Shown one piece after another: positions 57,557 through 64,000 of a DNA stretch of 64,000 nt; the stretch's first letter is position 1; every line of letters starts with the position of its first letter. A model generated the notes under the pieces. The model made no database searches and had not been told where the DNA came from. It worked only from the letters and a program-made list of their open reading frames with translations. A program made the translations under genes and the position numbers. The stretch comes from Bacteroidota bacterium (lineage in GTDB: Bacteria; Bacteroidota; Bacteroidia; Chitinophagales; Chitinophagaceae), in NCBI GenBank assembly GCA_018268015.1, contig JAFDXJ010000021.1, positions 10,965 to 74,964 of the forward strand, given 5' to 3'.

Positions 57557-58915
57557 TTATCTGGAACGTAACCAACTTTCCGGATTCAGGTTCACATCTT
57601 TATCATTGCTGACCATAAAGATAATCTGCCCATCACCATCATCTCCGGAAGCGGCTTTCCCTAAAAATGTACCCGCTTTTACGTTGTCACCTTTATTGAC
57701 CGCAATTGCATTCATGTTACTATATGCAGTAAAATATTTCCCGTGCCGTATCACTACAGTTTGCGCATTACCCAAATCAAAAACGGCTGAGACGGTTCCC
57801 TCAGCAACTGATTTGACACTCGACCCAATAGGTAGAGAAATTTCCAGACCAGGCATATACCCTTTTAAATTTGTATTGGGTACCTGGTAGTTCCCAAAAT
57901 GAACAGCGATAAATCCCTGGTCTACAGGCCAAGGCAATTTTCCTTTATTATTTTCAAAATTCAGGGATAAACTCAAGCCTTCTGTTGTAGATTCAAATGG
58001 ACTATAGATCCTATTGGATTTGACTGGAGGTGTTACTGGAGTTGTAATAGTGGTTTTAGGTTTATTTACTGCCTCATCAGTGCTTGTTTTGGGATCTACT
58101 TTTGGTGGGTTTAATATTTTATTGGCTTCTTCCTGCTTCTTCCGTGCAGCTTCTTCATTTGCTAAACGTTGTTGTTCTTTTCGTTTCGCTTCAGCAATTT
58201 CTTTCCTGATTACTGATTGTAAAGCGCTTTCCAACTGCTGCCTGGTCTTTTCTTTTGATTTAATTTGAGCGGCAATATTTTTTTCCTGCCCTTTTAATTT
58301 ATTTACCACCTGATCCTTCTCTTTTTTATCATCTTCTAATACCCCTAACTGCTTACTCTGATCTGTCAGGGAAGAATTCTTATCTTTTTTATTTGAACTC
58401 AATGATTGAATCCTGCTTTGAAGCAATTCCTGTGTTTTGGTAATGGTACTAACCTGTGTTTCCCGGTATTGACGGTAACTCTTCAAATAAGCAATCCGTT
58501 TTAAAGCATCATTAAAACTATTTGCTGAAAACAAGAAATTCAGATAATCATAATTACTCCTGTTTTTATAAGCAAAAACAAGGCTTTTGGCATATTGGTC
58601 CTTTAAGGTATCCAGTTCTTTTTTCAATCTGTAAATATTCAATTCATTTTGATACATGTCTTCATTCAATCTCCGGATATCCTTATTAATGTTATTAATC
58701 AACTCCTGGCGTGCATCTATCTTACGCTGCACCAGGGTCAGCTGGCTTAAAGAAATTTTCTTATTTTTTTTAATCCCGTCAAGTGTATTATTCAAGTCAG
58801 AAATTTCTTTCAGTAGTTGCTGCTGCTTTTTCTGAATTTCTTCTTTTGTATCCTGCGAAAATGCAGTTAATACAAAAGCCATGAAAAACAAGGAAAGTAT
58901 ATATTTATAAATCAT
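57557..58915 (-). CDS. EnvC-like murein hydrolase activator (coiled coil plus a degenerate M23/LytM domain)
   Basis: Long coiled-coil N-terminal half. The C-terminal LytM fold lacks the HxxxD motif (GYMPGLEI instead) and the HxH motif (GQIIFMV instead). Confidence 0.8.
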   Translation of the reverse strand: MIYKYILSLFFMAFVLTAFSQDTKEEIQKKQQQLLKEISDLNNTLDGIKKNKKISLSQLTLVQRKIDARQELINNINKDIRRLNEDMYQNELNIYRLKKELDTLKDQYAKSLVFAYKNRSNYDYLNFLFSANSFNDALKRIAYLKSYRQYRETQVSTITKTQELLQSRIQSLSSNKKDKNSSLTDQSKQLGVLEDDKKEKDQVVNKLKGQEKNIAAQIKSKEKTRQQLESALQSVIRKEIAEAKRKEQQRLANEEAARKKQEEANKILNPPKVDPKTSTDEAVNKPKTTITTPVTPPVKSNRIYSPFESTTEGLSLSLNFENNKGKLPWPVDQGFIAVHFGNYQVPNTNLKGYMPGLEISLPIGSSVKSVAEGTVSAVFDLGNAQTVVIRHGKYFTAYSNMNAIAVNKGDNVKAGTFLGKAASGDDGDGQIIFMVSNDKDVNLNPESWLRSR

Positions 58916-58967
58916 GTAACTACTTTAAGAGAATAGGCAATCTTGTAACGAAGTGCGTAAAGTAATA

Positions 58968-59798
58968 TTATTTTTTGGAATAATTTTTAGGAATATTAAA
59001 AGGAAATGTTTGAGGTTTATTAAAAGAGTATTGCTTGAAATTCAATTCAATTTGAATGGCACTCTTATCTTGTATTAAGATCGTTCTTTCAGTAGAAAAA
59101 GGATATCCCATAAAATCTTCGTAATGACTATACGTAAATACGGCATTTCTTGAGGAACTGTCAATTCCTTCATAGAGTATGTTCTGTAAGATGGATAAAG
59201 GATTTGACTGAACGAAAACTTTATTCTGAAAACGATGGTCCTGTAACTTCAATATAGTAAGGCCATTTTCCGGATACTCATTTGAAATCATTGAATCATT
59301 AAATATAGCGTTCCCTATCATCAAATCCTGGATTGCGAAATAGTCAATGGGAATATGAAATGTTTCTTCAATGTAACTAATAGGCCTCAGCAAAATAGTC
59401 TTATCCATATGATTCATGATCAGTAAGGTATCAGGTCGAATCATCATACGTAATCCTTCAAAGCCAAGTGGCCCGGATAATGAAACCCAGATGAGGCTAT
59501 CTTTTTTAATACGTATATAAATTGTTCCTTGTGAACTTTCATCTGCAGTTTTAAAATCAAGTTTCAATTTGCCATAAAAAAAAGTATAGGGGCGAATGCC
59601 GGATCTTAACGAATCCAATAGTTCTATTCCTTTAGTGAAATGATCTATGGAATTATTTGTGATAATATTTTGAGTACTTGAATCAACTTGTGCACTTGAA
59701 TCAACCTGGTTATGGGTATTTGATACTATTTTTTTACTCGTCTTACATGAAGCAAAAATTGTACATAAAACAAATAGGACAAATAGATATTTCTGCAT
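58968..59798 (-). CDS. DUF4292-like lipoprotein (LolB-like fold family)
   Basis: Lipoprotein leader TIFASC. Assigned from size and from the conserved Bacteroidota position between dut and the EnvC-like gene; the family name is from memory. Confidence 0.5.
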   Translation of the reverse strand: MQKYLFVLFVLCTIFASCKTSKKIVSNTHNQVDSSAQVDSSTQNIITNNSIDHFTKGIELLDSLRSGIRPYTFFYGKLKLDFKTADESSQGTIYIRIKKDSLIWVSLSGPLGFEGLRMMIRPDTLLIMNHMDKTILLRPISYIEETFHIPIDYFAIQDLMIGNAIFNDSMISNEYPENGLTILKLQDHRFQNKVFVQSNPLSILQNILYEGIDSSSRNAVFTYSHYEDFMGYPFSTERTILIQDKSAIQIELNFKQYSFNKPQTFPFNIPKNYSKK

Positions 59799-59800
59799 AA

Positions 59801-60247
59801 TTAATTCTTTCCCGTATGGCCAAAGCCTCCTTCCCCTCTGGCCGTTTCACTCATTTGTGTTGTTTCGATCCATTGAATCAATTCAACTTTTGCAAAGACT
59901 AATTGAGCAATCCGGTCCCCGGGATGTATTACTTGATTTTCAGTTGATAAATTCACAAGAATCACTTTTACTTCACCTCTGTAATCTGCATCAATTGTAC
60001 CGGGACTATTGAGACAAATCAATCCATATTTCAAAGCCATGCCACTCCGAGTACGTACCTGACCTTCATAGCTCTGCGGAATTTCTAAAAATATTCCTGT
60101 TGGAATTAATACTCTTTCCATTGGTGAAATAATGATTGCTTCACTTAAATCTGCTTTTAAATCTACCCCGGAAGATCCGGAAGTGGCATATTCCGGAAGT
60201 GGATTACCGGAATGATTAATAATTTTAATTTGCAATGGAGAGGCCAT
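59801..60247 (-). CDS. dut: dUTP diphosphatase
   Basis: Motifs SGVDL, RSGMALKYG and GTIDADYRGE, with a C-terminal RGEGGFGHTG. Confidence 0.95.
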   Translation of the reverse strand: MASPLQIKIINHSGNPLPEYATSGSSGVDLKADLSEAIIISPMERVLIPTGIFLEIPQSYEGQVRTRSGMALKYGLICLNSPGTIDADYRGEVKVILVNLSTENQVIHPGDRIAQLVFAKVELIQWIETTQMSETARGEGGFGHTGKN

Positions 60248-60307
60248 AAAATTTTGCTTTTTATGAATTTCTTTTTTGACTCGGATAAAGTGTCAAAGTA
60301 AAACCAA

Positions 60308-61768
60308 TTATAAATTTAGACTCCAGGGTGTTCGATAAATTCTTTTAACAAACTGGTTTGCATCTTCAAAATTGGTAATTTTCATTTGAGGCCCATCCCA
60401 TAATAATTTGATATACCTGCCCGGGTATTCAAAATCATCCCCTTTAGGTTTTCGAATATCATAACTTCGAATGGCAAGATTACCCATTAACACACTCTCT
60501 GTGAGTGGGCCAGCTACATCAAAACGGCTGCTTAATTCATTTGCTTTTTTGCTTCCGTAACCGGCTATACATGCATCTACCCATGAGGTATAATGAGCAT
60601 TTTCTCCGCCCGGTACTCTTTCAATAGTTTGTGGCGCTTTTGTTATGGCCGTTTTAGAAGTAGGCAGAAGTTGTGGATTCACGGCATAAGTGCTACACAT
60701 CATCTTTCCTTTTGATCCGATAAATATCACGCCGTTACCTCCATCACCCATTTGTTCATTAGCTGCTAATTCTTCCGGTCGTTGCGGTTGAATACCTCCA
60801 TCCATCCAATGGAGTTTCAATTGTTTTTTCCCAGGCATGTCAAATGTGAGAATAATATGAGATGCTATCGGCGGGCTATCCGGTGTATATGCTTTTTGCC
60901 AGGGCTGAAGATATTTTGTTGCCACACTACATTCGGCAGAAACGGGGTAGCCCAGTTCAGCAACTGCAAAGGCGGGCTGCATAATGTGACAAGCCATATC
61001 TCCCAAAGCTCCCGTACCATAGTCCCACCAACCCCGCCAGTTAAATGGCAACACATCATCGAAATAGTTTTTTTCAGGAGCCGTTCCCTGCCATAAGTCC
61101 CAGTCGAGCTCCTGAGGTATGGGACTGCTTTGATTTGGTCTTAATACTCCTTGTGGCCATACCGGTCTGTCTGTATAACAATAAACTTCCTGTAAGTCAC
61201 CAATAATATCTGCTTTATACCAATCAATTAATTGCCTTACACCATCTCCACTGGCACCCTGGTTGCCCATTTGAGTAACTACTTTATAATTGTGGGCTGC
61301 TTCCGTCATCATTCGCGCTTCATAAATATCATGTGCCATGGGTTTTTGGACATATACGTGTTTCCCTCTTTGCATGGCAGCCATAGCTGCCACAGCATGT
61401 GTATGATCAGGAGTGGATACAGATACGGCATCTATGAATTTATGTTCTTTATCCAGCATTTCCCGGAAGTCTTTATAATATTTAGCCCTGGGAAATTTTT
61501 TTCTGGAATCAACCGTTTGCCGATCATCCACATCGCATAAAAATACGATTTCTGCATGTCCACCTTTATAAAAATGATTGATATCATCTCCTCCTTTTCC
61601 ACCGGCGCCTATGGCCGCAATTTGCAATTTATCACTGGGAGAAATATATCCTTTGCCACCTAAAACATGTCGTGGTACAATGTATAAACCGGTTGTGATG
61701 ATGCCGGCATTTTTTATAAATCTTCTTCTTGAGGCCGTCATAACCGATGATTTTTTATTTTTTTTCAT
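60308..61768 (-). CDS. Gfo/Idh/MocA family oxidoreductase with a Tat signal
   Basis: Twin-arginine leader SRRRFIKNAGIITTGL and Rossmann motif IAAIGAGGKGG. Confidence 0.85.
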   Translation of the reverse strand: MKKNKKSSVMTASRRRFIKNAGIITTGLYIVPRHVLGGKGYISPSDKLQIAAIGAGGKGGDDINHFYKGGHAEIVFLCDVDDRQTVDSRKKFPRAKYYKDFREMLDKEHKFIDAVSVSTPDHTHAVAAMAAMQRGKHVYVQKPMAHDIYEARMMTEAAHNYKVVTQMGNQGASGDGVRQLIDWYKADIIGDLQEVYCYTDRPVWPQGVLRPNQSSPIPQELDWDLWQGTAPEKNYFDDVLPFNWRGWWDYGTGALGDMACHIMQPAFAVAELGYPVSAECSVATKYLQPWQKAYTPDSPPIASHIILTFDMPGKKQLKLHWMDGGIQPQRPEELAANEQMGDGGNGVIFIGSKGKMMCSTYAVNPQLLPTSKTAITKAPQTIERVPGGENAHYTSWVDACIAGYGSKKANELSSRFDVAGPLTESVLMGNLAIRSYDIRKPKGDDFEYPGRYIKLLWDGPQMKITNFEDANQFVKRIYRTPWSLNL

Positions 61769-61890
61769 AATAGGGAGCGTTCTTTAATACTAAAACTTGT
61801 AAATTATTCTTTTCCAAGAATAAAAAAAAATAAGATAAAATAAGAGAGATTCAGATTTAAAATCTTATTTTGAATGTTATACAATACATT

Positions 61891-63270
61891 ATGCAAAATG
61901 ATTTCCTGTCTGCTTTAATGAAATTACGGGAATGGTATCAAACAGGAGAATCAAGGCCCGTTTCTTTCCGACTTCATCTATTAAAACAATTTAAAAAAAA
62001 TATTCTTCAAGCTCAGGATGAGATTTTTGATGCACTGAATAGGGATTTAAAAAAAAACCGGGAAGAAAGTTGGATTACAGAAATAGGGCTGGTATTGAGT
62101 GAAATAAAAAAATTTGAAAAAAACTTAAAGCGTTGGTCAAAACCAAAACAGGTAGATACCAATATCATCAATTTTCCCTCTTCCAGTTTTATTTACCGGG
62201 AACCACTTGGAGTCGTGTTCATCATTGCACCATGGAATTATCCATTTCAATTGTTAATGATGCCTTTTGTAGCAGCCATTGCTACCGGAAACGCAGTCGT
62301 TTTAAAACCCAGTGAATTTGCCCCGGCTACAGCTCTTGTGATGAAAAAAATTATTCATCAAACATTCCAGGAAAGTCAGGTACTATATATCGAAGGCGAT
62401 GGCGCATCTATCATTCCTGAGATGATAAAGAATTTTCATTTTGATTTAATTTTTTATACCGGAAGTACTGTGGTGGGGAAAAAAATATATGAATTAGCAG
62501 CAACCCAATTAACGCCGGTGGTTCTTGAATTAGGCGGAAAAAGTCCTTGTATTGTTCAAAAAGATGCTCATCTCAAAGTTGCAGCGAAGAGGATTGTCAT
62601 GACAAAATTTTCCAATGCCGGGCAAATGTGTGTAGCGCCGGATTATATACTGGTTGAAAATTCCATCCAGGAAATTTTATTGGAAAACATGATTTTTTAT
62701 ATAAAAGAATTCTTTGGAGAAAATGCTTTGGAAAATTATCATTATGGAAAAATTATTAATGAAAAACAGTTTGATCGTTTAACCTCTTTGCTATCGTCCG
62801 GAGAAATTGTTTATGGTGGCCAAACGATCAAAGAAAAATTATTTATCGCGCCTACTTTACTCAAAAATATTTCTTTAGACAGTCAAATGATGCAGGAAGA
62901 AATTTTTGGGCCCATATTGCCCGTAATTCCTTTTCATACCAAAGAAGAAGCCATGGATATCATTAAAAGAAATCCCAACCCATTAGCTTTATACGTTTTT
63001 ACTTCTTCGAAAAAAGATGAAAATTTCTGGATTGAGCATATCCCTTTTGGCGGAGGTTGTATCAATAATGCTGCCTGGCACCTTACCAATGATGCTTTGC
63101 CTTTCGGAGGGCGTGGCAATAGCGGCATTTCCAGTTATCATGGCGAATTTTCTTTTGATGTATTTACACATAAAAAATCCATCTTAAAGACACCCACCTG
63201 GTTTGATCCTAAAATAAAATACCCCCCTTTCCAGGGAAAATTAAAATGGTTTAAAAAACTTCTATCCTGA
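61891..63270 (+). CDS. Aldehyde dehydrogenase, class 3-like
   Basis: ELGGKSP, catalytic Cys in GQMCVAPDY, and EEIFGP. ATG 61891 is preferred over the listed TTG 61870. Confidence 0.88.
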   Translation: MQNDFLSALMKLREWYQTGESRPVSFRLHLLKQFKKNILQAQDEIFDALNRDLKKNREESWITEIGLVLSEIKKFEKNLKRWSKPKQVDTNIINFPSSSFIYREPLGVVFIIAPWNYPFQLLMMPFVAAIATGNAVVLKPSEFAPATALVMKKIIHQTFQESQVLYIEGDGASIIPEMIKNFHFDLIFYTGSTVVGKKIYELAATQLTPVVLELGGKSPCIVQKDAHLKVAAKRIVMTKFSNAGQMCVAPDYILVENSIQEILLENMIFYIKEFFGENALENYHYGKIINEKQFDRLTSLLSSGEIVYGGQTIKEKLFIAPTLLKNISLDSQMMQEEIFGPILPVIPFHTKEEAMDIIKRNPNPLALYVFTSSKKDENFWIEHIPFGGGCINNAAWHLTNDALPFGGRGNSGISSYHGEFSFDVFTHKKSILKTPTWFDPKIKYPPFQGKLKWFKKLLS

Positions 63271-63304
63271 AAATGCCCGGACTATTTCGCTTTCTTAGGG
63301 TAAA

Positions 63305-64000
63305 TTAAAGATCATCTGTTTGAAACCTGCGTTTACAGATCCAAAAATAGAATACTAAATAAATAGATGCAGCAATCAGCAGGTATGTCGTGTCCGGTCT
63401 CTTTACCACCTGGTCCACTACATTTTTTAAGAAAGGAAATGGAATTAAATTATCTGTTGATTCAAGAGGTAAATAAGCGCCAATCCCGCCTGCATAGCGA
63501 TTGAGTAAACCGGCTGCCATGTTTTCAATCACCACTGCATATAAAAAAAATACCCCCAATGCTATGCCGGATCTTTTAAATAAGACACCAAATAAAAGTG
63601 CAATTAAAATGTAGCTTAATGCCTGCATAAAAAAATAAAATACATATTGGCTTCCGGAAAAACTCAGGGAAGAAAATCCGCCGGAAGAAATACCAAAGCC
63701 AAAAGCGGCAAGGAACATGATCAGCGTAGATCCTAAAGCAAGAATAACCGCATCTGCTAATTTTACATAAATAAAATCCAAGCGGCTCCAGCCATCAATA
63801 ATATTTTGCCGATGGGTTTTAAAAGAATACTCATTGGTGATGGATATAATCATTAATAAGCCGGGAATGAAAAGCAGAAAGCTGCTCAGGTAAGCTATTG
63901 TACCCCATACATCCGGAAAAAGAAAACGCGAAGTGCCAAGGATCATACCTGCTTCAGGCGCTTTTTTCATCGTTTCCTGTTCAATGGCAAAACCAATATA
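63305..64000 (-). CDS. ABC-2 type transporter permease; N-terminus runs off the right window edge
   Basis: Multi-TM protein with the ITNEYSFKTHRQNIIDG motif typical of ABC-2 permeases. The frame stays open from 63970 to 64000 (YIGFAIEQET precedes the listed Met). Confidence 0.6.
   Translation of the reverse strand, partial: YIGFAIEQETMKKAPEAGMILGTSRFLFPDVWGTIAYLSSFLLFIPGLLMIISITNEYSFKTHRQNIIDGWSRLDFIYVKLADAVILALGSTLIMFLAAFGFGISSGGFSSLSFSGSQYVFYFFMQALSYILIALLFGVLFKRSGIALGVFFLYAVVIENMAAGLLNRYAGGIGAYLPLESTDNLIPFPFLKNVVDQVVKRPDTTYLLIAASIYLVFYFWICKRRFQTDDL

Noticed and set aside
61827-61871. 10-bp inverted repeat AAAATAAGAT...ATCTTATTTT upstream of the class 3 aldehyde dehydrogenase gene.
   Set aside because: The arms are almost entirely A/T and separated by a 25-nt loop in an A/T-rich spacer. 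The predicted stability and information content are too low to treat as a feature.
1-64000. Search by eye for rRNA, tRNA, tmRNA, RNase P RNA, CRISPR arrays, transposases, integrases, phage genes, toxin-antitoxin pairs and known defence systems.
   Set aside because: None recognised. Every spacer over 100 bp was read. No regularly spaced repeats, no tRNA-like T-arm motifs and no recombinase-like ORFs were seen. This was a visual scan only, so a small structured RNA could have been missed.

Overview
This window looks like a low-GC Bacteroidota chromosomal segment. That inference rests on T9SS type A and type B sorting domains, a fused CcoN-CcoO, Bat-like genes, and recurrent TAnnTTTG -7 promoter boxes 15-50 nt upstream of start codons. 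It holds about 58 densely packed protein-coding genes, most of them housekeeping: acpP-fabF-rnc, typA, queA, ispG, nadB, tsaB, galK, rsmE, dnaB, pheT, zapA, rny, rplS, tatA, gatA and dut. An 8-gene cbb3 oxidase structural and biogenesis cluster lies on the minus strand at 18.5-27.5 kb (ccoI, ccoS, ccoNO, ccoQ-like, ccoP, ccoG, fixH, DsbD_2/TauE-like). Envelope and secretome genes include two tandem Wzi/RemB-like outer-membrane barrels, a 1129-aa M36 metalloprotease with a T9SS CTD, a T9SS type B surface protein, a GH5 enzyme, a class D beta-lactamase, an L,D-transpeptidase, and MltD-like and EnvC-like proteins. I found no rRNA, tRNA, CRISPR array, transposase, integrase or recognisable defence system. 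I do not see a convincing novel multi-gene system; this reads as an ordinary core region. Six items merit a second look. (1) A promoter-to-terminator bracketed non-coding stretch between typA and queA, preceded by twin GTGA-N4-TCAC palindromes. (2) A 512-bp AT-rich spacer at the dnaB/pheT divergent strand switch that carries clustered DnaA-box-like 9-mers. (3) A scar of 5-prime-truncated gene remnants at the left edge. (4) A cysteine-free ArsR regulator upstream of a persulfide-dioxygenase/rhodanese fusion. (5) A chromosomal lipoprotein class D beta-lactamase with an intact motif set. (6) A GTTTC/GAAAC repeat array upstream of rny. All calls come from reading the supplied translations and the nucleotide sequence by eye. 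No database searches, folding or statistics were run.
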